Shown here piece after piece: positions 1 to 9,215 of a stretch of DNA of 32,000 bases; position 1 is the stretch's first letter; each line of letters begins with the position of its first letter. The stretch covers positions 240,001 through 272,000 of the forward strand of contig NC_013849.1 of assembly GCF_000025505.1 (NCBI RefSeq), read 5' to 3'. The notes under the pieces are model-generated. The model was not told the DNA's origin, did not search any database, and worked only from the letters and a program-made list of their open reading frames with translations. The translations under genes and the position numbers were made by a program. This DNA is from Ferroglobus placidus DSM 10642 (GTDB lineage: Archaea; Halobacteriota; Archaeoglobi; Archaeoglobales; Archaeoglobaceae).

Positions 1-1
1 G

Positions 2-322
2 ATAATCGAGGCGGTAAAATCCGAAAGTAAGTGGAAGAAAGCGATAAGCGTTGGAGGAACGCACTACGCTCCGAGACAAACGGAAATAGTTCTCGAAACA
101 ACCGTGACTTTCGGACACATCTTCGCAAAATACACCTTCGAATCGCTAACGCCGGAATTTCTCGTCAAAGCTTTTGAGCTGAGCGAAGCTGAATTTATTG
201 TTATAGACGAGAAGTCAGTGAATGCGAAAGTGAAGGAGAAAATCTTTTCGGCAGCTCAAAGGATTGAAGCGGAGGTTTTGAAAAGTAAGGAAGTTAAGAG
301 GAATTTCAGACTTTCCAAATAG
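2..322 (+). CDS. dtdA: 3' end of archaeal D-aminoacyl-tRNA deacylase (5' truncated by window)
   Basis: The frame is open from base 2. It reads ...AISVGGTHYAPRQTEIVLETTVTFGHIFAKY..., with the GGxHYAPR..GHI pattern typical of archaeal DtdA. The tracked ORF at 104 starts at an internal GTG. Confidence 0.75.
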   Translation: MIEAVKSESKWKKAISVGGTHYAPRQTEIVLETTVTFGHIFAKYTFESLTPEFLVKAFELSEAEFIVIDEKSVNAKVKEKIFSAAQRIEAEVLKSKEVKRNFRLSK

Positions 323-353
323 CTTATTATAGTTATATTCTTAACACACATAA

Positions 354-1941
354 ATGCTTGCGAAGAGAGTACTATTAATCGGAGGAGGAATACTGCTGGT
401 TTCTATTCTTGCCATTCATTTAATTATCGGTGCCGTTGCTTTCGACACGGCAGATAAAATAGATGTCGCAATCGCAAAAGAAGAGGTTGAAAAAGCAAAT
501 ACCTCTCTGAATTATATCTTAGAGAACATAGACAGATTTTGCTCGGATTGGGCAGAATGGGACGACACCTACGAATTTATTTTAAACAATAAATGAGGAA
601 TATTTGAGATCAAACTGGGTTAACGAAACTTATCCAACTTTAGGAATAAACTACGCGATATATTTCGACAAGAGGGGAAACGTGGTCTTTGCGGGAGGCT
701 ATAACCTTCTGGAAGATGAACCAATGAAAGTTCCACCCAGCATTATCGCTGAATTCAGATATCTCCTTGCTAAAAGCGACGAAGACGTAAAGAAGGGCTT
801 TCTGAGAATAAACGATGAAATTCTTATATTTTCTTCGAGACCGATACTACACAGCAATGAAACCGGACCGTTTGTTGGAACGCTGATATTTGCGAGAGTT
901 CTGGATGAAGAGATAATCAATGCGGTTCGAGAGATTTCTGGAATCAATGTCTCTATCTCGTTGACTGCTAAAAATAATACTGAGACTACACAGAAATTCG
1001 TAATGGCTACTTATCCTTTAAAAGACTACAGGGGTGAGCAGATAGCGAGCATAGTAGTGTTGAAGGATAGAATTGCCAGAAATATCCTCTATCAGTTTTA
1101 CTTACCCTTCGCATTATCTGCTGGAGTGGTCGGAGGGATAGTCATTCTTAGCTATCTTGTTTTTGTTAAAAAATACGTTGTCAAGAGACTTGAAAATGTT
1201 ACGAGCACTCTGCAAGACATTACTTTGAAAGAGGATTTCGAGAGAAGAGTTTCCGATACTGGCGACGACGAAATAGCTGTGCTGAGTAGGAACATTAACG
1301 TTCTACTCGACAAAATCTCAAAAAATTTAAAGGAAATCAAGAGTTTGAACGACGATTTAAGGCTAATTAATAGAATAATGCGGCATGACATTTTGAATTC
1401 TCTGACAGCGATTCAGTTTTATGCCGACCTTCTGGAGGAAGAGTATAAGAAGGATTACGTAGGGAAAATTAAAGAGAGCACAGAAAAAATTGTTGATCTT
1501 ATAAAGAGAATTAGAGTTTTCGAACTTTCCTTAGAAAAAGGAATTAAAATGAAACCTGTGGATTTGGAAGAGATAATTCTCGAACTTTCCAAAGAGTACG
1601 GGGTTGAAGCTGTTGTTAAGGGAGATCTTAAGGTTTTAGCCGACGACTCTATCAAAAATGTCTTCGACAACCTCATATCGAACTCCGTAAAACATGGAAG
1701 AGCAAAAAGAATTTTTGTTGAAGGCAAGAGAGAAGGGGATTTTGCGATTATAACTTTCTACGACGATGGAATCGGAATTAGGGAAGATATAGCGGATAAA
1801 ATATTCGAAGAGGGTGTAACCACTGGAGGAAGTGGTTTAGGGCTCTACATAGCTAAAAGAATCCTTGAAAAATACGGTGGGGAGATAACATTAGCGGATC
1901 GAAAACAAGCTAAGTTCCTAATAAAATTAAAGGCATCGTAA
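354..1941 (+). pseudogene. CHASE4-type membrane sensor histidine kinase, interrupted by a frameshift (ORFs 354..596 and 604..1941)
   Basis: ORF1 has an N-terminal TM segment and WAEWDDTYEFILNNK. ORF2 resumes with NEEYLRSNWVNETYPTLGINYAIYFDKRGNVVFAGGYNL, completing a CHASE4-like sensor. A second TM/HAMP region, H-box MRHDILNSLTAI, N-box DNLISNSVKHG, DDGIGI and GGSGLGLYIAKRI follow. Confidence 0.7.
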
Positions 1942-1975
1942 ACATTTAAATTTCCAGCAGCATCTACTTGAAAAG

Positions 1976-2917
1976 ATGAGTTTCAGTGCCAAAGAGCTGC
2001 CCACAGTCCTGACCGCTCAGGAAATAATCGATAAAGCTTACAGAAGGGCATCAAGGGTAGGAGGAAGAACGAGTAAGGAGAGAGCTTTAAACAAGCTCGC
2101 TACTATATCCAACGTGTTGAGAGACTACTTTAAAAAAGTTGTTGAAGCTCATCCCTCTTACGATAATCTGCCCCCTTTTTACAGAGAGATGATAGACATT
2201 ATAGTCGGAGTCAGGAGGATAAAAAAGAGCTTGGCAGCTATAGCATGGGCTGACAGAATGACTCAAAAAGTAATAAGCAAAGGTGTCGCTCAGATAAAAG
2301 GCGGAAAGGATCCGAGGATCGTGCTGAAGGAGGTTTATGGGAGAGTTGCTTCCATAATCGAGCAGATAGACGACGAGCTTAAATTTTTAAACGAGGCAAG
2401 AGAAAAACTCAAGGAGATTCCTACGCTAAGCGAAGACTTTACGGTAGTTTTAGCGGGCTACCCTAACGTTGGAAAGAGCAGCATAATAGCCGAAATATCC
2501 TCAGTAAAGCCGGAGGTGGCGAGCTACCCTTTCACTACGAAGAAGATAAGCGTTGGGTTTGTCGAAGATAAGGACGTAAGAATCCAAGTTATAGACACTC
2601 CCGGAATCCTCGACAGACCAATCTCCAGAAGAAACGAGATAGAGAAAAGAGCGATAGTCGCTTTAAAACACCTCGCCGATCTGATCGTCTTCGTAATAGA
2701 CCCAACGGAAACCTGTGGCTATTCATTGGAAAATCAGCTCAACTTGTTGAGAGAGGTGAAAGAGACTTTCAAAAAGCCCTTAATTGAAATATACAGCAAA
2801 TCCGACCTTCACGATTTCAAAGACAGGATGAGAGTTTCGGTTGTGACGAAAGAGGGGATAGCTGAGCTCCTCAACCTGATAAAGGAAGAAGCGAGGAAAT
2901 CAAAAAGCCGAGGATAG
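1976..2917 (+). CDS. NOG1-family GTPase (archaeal nucleolar GTP-binding protein homologue)
   Basis: G1 AGYPNVGKSS, G3 DTPG, G4-like SKSD, and a NOG1-type N-terminal helical domain (PTVLTAQEIIDKAYRRASR). Confidence 0.85.
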   Translation: MSFSAKELPTVLTAQEIIDKAYRRASRVGGRTSKERALNKLATISNVLRDYFKKVVEAHPSYDNLPPFYREMIDIIVGVRRIKKSLAAIAWADRMTQKVISKGVAQIKGGKDPRIVLKEVYGRVASIIEQIDDELKFLNEAREKLKEIPTLSEDFTVVLAGYPNVGKSSIIAEISSVKPEVASYPFTTKKISVGFVEDKDVRIQVIDTPGILDRPISRRNEIEKRAIVALKHLADLIVFVIDPTETCGYSLENQLNLLREVKETFKKPLIEIYSKSDLHDFKDRMRVSVVTKEGIAELLNLIKEEARKSKSRG

Positions 2918-3629
2918 CCGCGGAATTTAAATAAGGTAACCCGGGAGTCGGTTTATCCACTTTTTTGAGCAGAAGAATTAGAGCAGCCGAACTGAAAGCC
3001 AGAGTGAAAATCGCCTGAATTAAGGAGGAGTAGTAAGCGGAAGATATGAAGAGGACATTCGGAATCACCACATCCCCTACACCCATGTAAGAGTTTCTCT
3101 CCTTACCCGGGACGATGAATAGCAACGGCAACTCCATCTCGCTCAGAGATTCGGCAAGCTTAACCATGTGCCCTGTTTTGTAAACCGAAACGTAATCGTA
3201 AATCGCAAGGATAGCAAGAAGGATTATAGCCGGAAGCGGCTCTAGGCTTATTCCGAAGATAGCTATAACTCCAGCAGAAACAAAGAGCGCGACGAAGTTG
3301 ACGAAGATGGGATTTTTCTTTACTGCCAAAATAAGAGTTAACACAAGGGACGGAATTAAAGCGAAAAAGCCGATGAAAGGTGTGAGAACGAAGTATATCG
3401 TAAGGAAGATTAACAGATAGAAGATTAGCTTGACGAATAGCTTGGAAAGTTTAATGAGGAATATTATCAGTGCTGTAAAGGCGAGGATTAGAAGGAAGTA
3501 GTAAAAAGAGTTCGAAACGTCCGAAGGGTTTTCGAAAGCGAAAAAGCCTTCTTCGAAAAATTTTCCAGAAAAAAGGTAAGCTAAGAAAGCTGAAGTTGTG
3601 TAGAAGAAGAAAAATACCAGCGTTCTCAT
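2871..3629 (-). CDS. Presenilin-like A22-family intramembrane aspartyl protease
   Basis: Multi-TM protein with IYDYVSVYKTGHM (YD motif), MGVGDVVIPN (GxGD motif) and C-terminal PGLPYLN (PAL-like motif). Confidence 0.85.
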   Translation of the reverse strand: MRTLVFFFFYTTSAFLAYLFSGKFFEEGFFAFENPSDVSNSFYYFLLILAFTALIIFLIKLSKLFVKLIFYLLIFLTIYFVLTPFIGFFALIPSLVLTLILAVKKNPIFVNFVALFVSAGVIAIFGISLEPLPAIILLAILAIYDYVSVYKTGHMVKLAESLSEMELPLLFIVPGKERNSYMGVGDVVIPNVLFISSAYYSSLIQAIFTLAFSSAALILLLKKVDKPTPGLPYLNSAAILGFLISSLLPLSG

Positions 3630-3631
3630 TC

Positions 3632-5413
3632 TCAGTATCTCAGGTATATCTTCTCACCCTTTGCAAGAGCCAGCTTTATTCTCTTCCCGGCATCTCTGTC
3701 TTTTCTCACCCTTACAAGCCCTCTCTTTCCGACTTCCACGGTCGCAACGTAATCGTCTCCGGCAAAGATGTCGACGGTTTTTCCCTCAAGCCCCTCGGCA
3801 TGGATGACGTAATGCTTGCCCTTTTCCTCAACAAAAGCCTCAACAACGTTTTTTCTCTCCGCCTTCAAAGGCTCAACGTCTATGGAAATTCCGAGCTCCT
3901 CCTCAATAGCCTTTATCTTCCTACCTCTCCTCCCGAGGAGGTGGGGAATTTCATCTTCAGGAACTCTGACGACGACTTTCTTATCGCTCAAAGCCTCTAT
4001 TTCGTACACAGAAACGAGATCTTTTATCTTGTTTTCAACAGCGTTAACAACGATCTTGCTAACCTCGCTCTCTTTAACCGGCATCACAACAACCTGCTCT
4101 CCGTAGGTGTAAATCTCGTATTCAACTTTCTTCGTTTCGAAGTCTATAACCTCTATAACCGGTCTCGCCAGATCCGCTTCAGTCATTCCGTAGGGAACTT
4201 TCACCGTGAAATTGAGCTCGTACACCTTTCTTATCTTTCCGGCGTCGATGAAAATGACGGTATCAACTACCTGAGGAATAACTCCAAGTTCAACTCTCCC
4301 TATCATCCTCTGTATCGCATCTATCGCTCTCGTCGCGTGAGTTACTCCTATCATACCCACTCCAGCTAAACGCATGTCAGCGAAAACTAAAAAGTCACTC
4401 GTCTTTCTCACCTCGTCGTAGATGGTGTAGTCGGGTCTAACAAGCAAAAGGACGTCTGCCGTTAAAGTCATGTCCCCTTCGAGAGGAGCATATTGTGTTA
4501 TTTCATCTCTAACCATCAGATCCCTCGGACTTTCCATCGTCTTTACCATGTACCCGTTTTCCATTAAGTAGTTGGCTATGCTCGCTGCAAAAGTGGATTT
4601 TCCAGCTCCAGGAGGACCTGCTATCAGTATTCCCCTCTGCCTCTCTATTATCCTTTTTTTCAGCTCCTCACTTATACCAAAATCCTCGAGAGTAGCCTTT
4701 GCTATCGGTCTAACAGCGGTAATCTCCATTCTGTCGGCAAACGGTCTTTCGGCTATGGCTATCCTAACGTCTCTAAGCTGAACGACCGTGGCACCTCTCC
4801 TTTCAATTTCTATGTTGCTGTCTCTATCCTGAGAAGCAGCTTCGATGATCTCGTGAGCTATTTCTCTCAGCTCTTCAAGAGTCATCGGCTCGTCCCTTAT
4901 CTTCACGAGCTTCAGTTCTCCAATTCTCCCCCTCTTAGCCATCGGAACGCATCCTTCTCTCAAATGGACGCTCGCTGTGTCTGGAGTGAAGAACTGCATA
5001 ATCTTCGTTTCCTCCGGCTTTATCACTCTCTTCTCAAGGTAAATCGCCTTTATTCCCTTGGAAATTGCCACGTAATACTGCACTCTGTCGCATGTTATGA
5101 GAACAGCCTGTTCCTCTTCAGCCACTCTTCTTATCAGATTGTCTATCTCTCCCCCCCTCGCAAGTTTAACGTGCTCAAGGGTCGGTCTCTCTCCGAGGAA
5201 AAGAACGTCAAACCCTTTCTTTTCCGCAAGCTCTCTTATTCTTTTTATCTCCTCCAGCCCCTGCAAACCCGTTATCTTTCCAAAGTTCGCCTGAGCTTCC
5301 AGTTCAGCCACAACAGCTTCCGGAATTATTATCGTTCCCTTAAGCTCTCCTTTCTCTATCATCTGGGAAACTCTGCCATCTATAATTACGCTCGTGTCGA
5401 GAACGTACTTCAT
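3632..5413 (-). CDS. PIN domain-containing ATPase with C-terminal KH domain
   Basis: N-terminal PIN domain (KYVLDTSVIIDGR), Walker A GPPGAGKST, secretion-type ATPase core, C-terminal KH-like [19 protein letters not shown]. Confidence 0.85.
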   Translation of the reverse strand: MKYVLDTSVIIDGRVSQMIEKGELKGTIIIPEAVVAELEAQANFGKITGLQGLEEIKRIRELAEKKGFDVLFLGERPTLEHVKLARGGEIDNLIRRVAEEEQAVLITCDRVQYYVAISKGIKAIYLEKRVIKPEETKIMQFFTPDTASVHLREGCVPMAKRGRIGELKLVKIRDEPMTLEELREIAHEIIEAASQDRDSNIEIERRGATVVQLRDVRIAIAERPFADRMEITAVRPIAKATLEDFGISEELKKRIIERQRGILIAGPPGAGKSTFAASIANYLMENGYMVKTMESPRDLMVRDEITQYAPLEGDMTLTADVLLLVRPDYTIYDEVRKTSDFLVFADMRLAGVGMIGVTHATRAIDAIQRMIGRVELGVIPQVVDTVIFIDAGKIRKVYELNFTVKVPYGMTEADLARPVIEVIDFETKKVEYEIYTYGEQVVVMPVKESEVSKIVVNAVENKIKDLVSVYEIEALSDKKVVVRVPEDEIPHLLGRRGRKIKAIEEELGISIDVEPLKAERKNVVEAFVEEKGKHYVIHAEGLEGKTVDIFAGDDYVATVEVGKRGLVRVRKDRDAGKRIKLALAKGEKIYLRY

Positions 5414-5728
5414 TCAGACCTCCTCCAGCTTCCTGAAAAAGCAAGAGTAATTGCCAGTGTGACAGGCAACGCCCTTCTGCTCCACAAGATAAAGAATTGC
5501 ATCCCCGTCGCAATCAACCCTAATCTCCACAACTCTTTGAACATTTCCCGACTCCTCTCCCTTCATCCAGAGCTTTTTTCTGCTTCTGCTGAAGTAATGA
5601 GCGTAGCCGGTTTTAATAGTGCGTTTTAAAGCTTCTTCGTTAGCGTAAGCTAACATTAACACCTCTTTAGTTTTTACATCTTGAACGATGACCGGAATAA
5701 GACCTTTTTCGTTGAACTTGAGATTCAT
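5414..5728 (-). CDS. hisI: Phosphoribosyl-AMP cyclohydrolase
   Basis: [52 protein letters not shown]...[28 protein letters not shown]. Confidence 0.95.
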   Translation of the reverse strand: MNLKFNEKGLIPVIVQDVKTKEVLMLAYANEEALKRTIKTGYAHYFSRSRKKLWMKGEESGNVQRVVEIRVDCDGDAILYLVEQKGVACHTGNYSCFFRKLEEV

Positions 5729-5800
5729 CGTTAAGGTTTTGCAAGTAAGGTTTATAAATTATGCTGAGGAGTTTAGTAAAAATTTTATCAGGGTGATCGA

Positions 5801-6496
5801 ATGGAAAGGCTTTCAACCGGAATACTGAGTTTGGATTCTCAGCTCGGTGGTGGTTTTCCTGCTGGTAGTTTCATCGTTTTACTCGAAGATCCGGGAGCTG
5901 GAGCTGATTACTTCACTTACCACTTCGTAGCCGAGGGATTGAAGAGGGGTGAGAAAGCTCTGTACATAAGTACTGAAGAAACCGAAGAAGAGATAAAGAG
6001 AAACGTTCAGATGATCTCTGGAATTAATCCCGAAGGGCTTGATATTGTCGATTTGCTTACCCCAAAAGTTTCCCCAAAAGGAGACGCAAAAGCATATCTA
6101 AGAGCTATCACTCAAGACCCGTATAAAAGAGTTTCAGATGAAATATTCAAAAGCGATCATCAAAGAGGAGTTCTCCACAGCCTGACATACTTCGTTGAAA
6201 ACTACAGATGGGAAGAGGTAAAGGAACTTATAAATAAACTGACGATTCAAACGAGAAGAAACAACAGCGTTTTCCTTGCCACCTTTACAAAGGGCATGTT
6301 CGATCAAAAAATAGAGACAGCTATAAAGCACTACGCTGACGGTGTTATAGAGCTGAGCTTGAGGGAAGTTGAGACGGAAATCCAAAGGAGATTGAAAATA
6401 ATAAAGATAAAAGCGACGATAGTTCCGAAGAGCATACTGAGATACGACATAACAGATAAAGGAATTAGAGTAGAATCGCTGATGAGAGTTCTATGA
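5801..6496 (+). CDS. RecA/KaiC-superfamily ATPase-like protein with degenerate P-loop
   Basis: N-terminus RLSTGILSLDSQLGGGFPAGSFIVLLEDPGAGADYFTYHFVAEGLKRGEKALYISTEE. This is a KaiC-like fold signature with GAGADYF in place of G.GK[T/S]. Confidence 0.75.
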   Translation: MERLSTGILSLDSQLGGGFPAGSFIVLLEDPGAGADYFTYHFVAEGLKRGEKALYISTEETEEEIKRNVQMISGINPEGLDIVDLLTPKVSPKGDAKAYLRAITQDPYKRVSDEIFKSDHQRGVLHSLTYFVENYRWEEVKELINKLTIQTRRNNSVFLATFTKGMFDQKIETAIKHYADGVIELSLREVETEIQRRLKIIKIKATIVPKSILRYDITDKGIRVESLMRVL

Positions 6497-6960
6497 AAGT
6501 AGTTGAAGGAGTTGTGGAGATAAAAGACGTGAGAGATTTCCTCTCCAAGCTCCCATGTGAAGCCACATTTATAAACGCCGAGTACGTTTTGGACAAAGAA
6601 GTTGTGGAATTTGCAGCAAAGAAGGCAAAGAAGGCTTGGGAAGAAGGGAGAAGGGTTGCAAGAAACTTTTCCACCGAAATCCTCCTTTACGTTGCCGCCA
6701 CAAGACAGATAAGAGACGCTGTGAAAATCGGGTTAAAAGAGGGAAGAAACGAGGTTGTCGTTGTAGCAGAAGAAAACTGCATAGAAAAATTGAAAAAGCT
6801 CGGATTTAAAGAGGAAAATGTTTTGAAGATCGACGAAGAAAAAGTTGAGAAAGTAATGAAATTGTATGGAATAGAAGAAAAAGAAGTTGAGATCGTTGGA
6901 AAAGAAAAACTTCCCCTCCTGATTAGGGAGAGAATAGTTTTGTTCGATCTCAGTAAGTGA
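6493..6960 (+). CDS. cgi121: KEOPS complex subunit Cgi121
   Basis: Size and pattern (TFINAEYVLDKEVVEFAAKKAKKAWEEGRRVARNFSTEILLYVAATRQIRDAVKIGLKEGRNEVVVV) match Cgi121/TPRKB. Confidence 0.85.
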   Translation: MKVVEGVVEIKDVRDFLSKLPCEATFINAEYVLDKEVVEFAAKKAKKAWEEGRRVARNFSTEILLYVAATRQIRDAVKIGLKEGRNEVVVVAEENCIEKLKKLGFKEENVLKIDEEKVEKVMKLYGIEEKEVEIVGKEKLPLLIRERIVLFDLSK

Positions 6961-7553
6961 TGGTTATGCTGAAGTTAAAAGAGTCCCTTGAGTTACTGAA
7001 AAAATACGGAATTCCGGTCGTTGAAACTTTAGTAGCTTCGAACGAAGAAGAAGTTTTGAAAGCAGCGGAGAAAATAGGATATCCGGTTGTCGTAAAACCG
7101 AACGTTAGCGAGCACAAATCCGAGATAGGTGTTTTTCTTGACGTAAAAAGCGATGAAGAACTTTTAAAATGCTATAAAAATCTCGGAGGAGAGGTGGTCG
7201 TTCAGAAAATGATTAGAGGATTCGAAATTTTCCTCGGAGCTAAGGAGGACAAATTCTTCGGGAAATACGTAGCCCTCGGCTGCGGAGGAGTTCTCGTTGA
7301 ACTTTTTGAAGATGTTTCCTTCAGAGTTCTTCCATTGAGAAGAAGAGACGTGCTCGAAATGGTAGAGGAGACGAAACTTAGCAAAGTTGCGAGAGGGTTC
7401 AGAAGCTATAAACTTGACGTGGAATCTCTCGTCGAAGTAGTTCTGAGATTTTCGGAGCTAATCGAAAAAGAGAACGTTAAGGAAGCTGACGTGAATCCTT
7501 TGATCGCTAATGAAAATGGCGTATTTGCCGTTGACGCGAGAATCATTCTCTAA
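6957..7553 (+). CDS. ADP-forming acyl-CoA synthetase beta subunit (ATP-grasp)
   Basis: LKKYGIPVVETLVASNEEEVLKAAEKIGYPVVVKPNVSEHKSEIGVF..., GFEIFLGAKEDKFFGKYVALGCGG..., DVNPLIANENGVFAVDARI. Confidence 0.85.
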   Translation: MMVMLKLKESLELLKKYGIPVVETLVASNEEEVLKAAEKIGYPVVVKPNVSEHKSEIGVFLDVKSDEELLKCYKNLGGEVVVQKMIRGFEIFLGAKEDKFFGKYVALGCGGVLVELFEDVSFRVLPLRRRDVLEMVEETKLSKVARGFRSYKLDVESLVEVVLRFSELIEKENVKEADVNPLIANENGVFAVDARIIL

Positions 7554-8922
7554 CTCTTTTATCGTATTCCCTCAAAGCCCAGAGGGATTTCGCAGCTATT
7601 TCAGGTGTTGAGAAGACTGGGATACCGTTACTTTCGAGTTCTTCCTTCACGTCGTCCCAGAAGCCTGGCGGGTAATTTAAGCACATGGTCAGCGGTTTTT
7701 CCTTCGAAGCTTTAATTATCGCTTTAGTCGGCACCTCAAGAAACTCCTCCGACCAAGAGAATATGTAGTTTATCACCGCCCCGTCCACGTTTTCGTCACC
7801 CACAGCTAGCTCAATAACTTCTCCGCAAGTTTTAGTATCGTTAGCTACGAAACCGAGATCGATAGGATTGTCTCTTATCGTGTAGGGTGGTAAAATTTCG
7901 TAAATTTGCTTCTGAGTTTCTTCAGTGAATTTTGCTAACTTTAAACCTTTTAGCTCGCAGTAATCAGAGGCTACCATCCCGAGTCCTGCAACGAGTGATA
8001 TTACTGCTACTCTATCCCCTTTCATCGGCTTCTGCATAGCCAACGCTTTAGCGAAGGACACAAGCTCGATTAAATCTTCCGCTATAACTGCTCCGTGCTG
8101 CTTTAAAGCGGAGACGTAGAGTTTGTAATTTCCAGCCATTGAGCCGGTATGAGATTTGGAAGCTTTATCAGCCTTCTCGAACCTTCCGGCTTTCATAGCC
8201 ACTACCGGCTTTACCCTGCTGACTTCTCTGATTTTTTCACACAGCTTCTTCGGCTCGTCTATTCCCTCTATGTACAGAGCTATGCTCTTCGTTTCTTTAT
8301 CGTCCTTCAAATACTCGAGCATGTCGTGGAAGTCCACGTTAAGCCTGTTTCCCAACCCAACTATCTTGCTAAAACCTATCCCCTCTCTCATCGAGTAGGG
8401 AGCGATTAAATGGCAGACTCCTCCGCTCTGACTAATTAGAGCTATATCTCCTTTCTTCAAAAGGCTTAAAGCCGGAGTAAAGCTTGCGTTTAAGTCCGCT
8501 TTCAAGTTCACCATACCGAACGTGTTCGGGCCAATAACCACAGCATTATAGCTATCAACCAACTCCTTCAACTTTTTGTGCAACTCCTCCCCATCGGCTA
8601 TCTCAGCCTCTCTGAAACCGGCTGATATTATCACGAAGGCTCTGCAACCCTTTTCAAGAAGCTCCCTCACGCTGTTGTATATCGCATCTCTCGGCACAGC
8701 GAGAATAGCCAAGTCCGGAGTTTCGGGCAGATCTTTGACGCTCCTATAAGCTTTCACTCCGAGTATCTCATCGTAGTTTGGATTTACGGCGTATATTTTT
8801 CCTTTGAACGTTTTTACAAGACTGTTCAAAGCGTGAAATCCCATCTTTTTTGGATTTTTCGTCGCTCCTATTACAGCGACGCTCTTCGGATAAAACAGCT
8901 TCTGGAAGTTCTCGATTTTCAT
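7543..8922 (-). CDS. ADP-forming acyl-CoA synthetase alpha subunit (CoA-binding)
   Basis: FYPKSVAVIGATKNPKKMGFHALNSL, GPNTFGMVN, ALISQSGGV, and SHTGSMAGNYKLY containing the likely phospho-His. Confidence 0.88.
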   Translation of the reverse strand: MKIENFQKLFYPKSVAVIGATKNPKKMGFHALNSLVKTFKGKIYAVNPNYDEILGVKAYRSVKDLPETPDLAILAVPRDAIYNSVRELLEKGCRAFVIISAGFREAEIADGEELHKKLKELVDSYNAVVIGPNTFGMVNLKADLNASFTPALSLLKKGDIALISQSGGVCHLIAPYSMREGIGFSKIVGLGNRLNVDFHDMLEYLKDDKETKSIALYIEGIDEPKKLCEKIREVSRVKPVVAMKAGRFEKADKASKSHTGSMAGNYKLYVSALKQHGAVIAEDLIELVSFAKALAMQKPMKGDRVAVISLVAGLGMVASDYCELKGLKLAKFTEETQKQIYEILPPYTIRDNPIDLGFVANDTKTCGEVIELAVGDENVDGAVINYIFSWSEEFLEVPTKAIIKASKEKPLTMCLNYPPGFWDDVKEELESNGIPVFSTPEIAAKSLWALREYDKRVRE

Positions 8923-9215
8923 TGATGAAAGTTTTGAAAGGAGGATATAAAGTTTTGTCCAGCACTTTTGTTTAATTGTTGAGATGATATTACGATGAGC
9001 TGTAGATAAAAGAAGTTGTCAAAGTCAATTCAGATATTGTTATTTCCCCCCTCAGCATTTCGCCTAACGTTCTGGGGTATGTGAAGTTTGTGATAACAAA
9101 TTTGGTCGCAGCCTAACACGGTGGAGACACATATCCACCTGTTGTCCGAGTGCGATAGCACCGAAGCGAGCGATAGCGAGCGGAGAGTCGTGGACTAAGG
9201 GCACATATTATTTTC

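Noticed and set aside
3596-5629. Long plus-strand ORFs 3596..4369 and 4853..5629
   Set aside because: Antisense shadows of the well-supported PIN/KH ATPase and hisI genes; the translations are low-complexity Ser/Leu/His/Asn-rich without family patterns.
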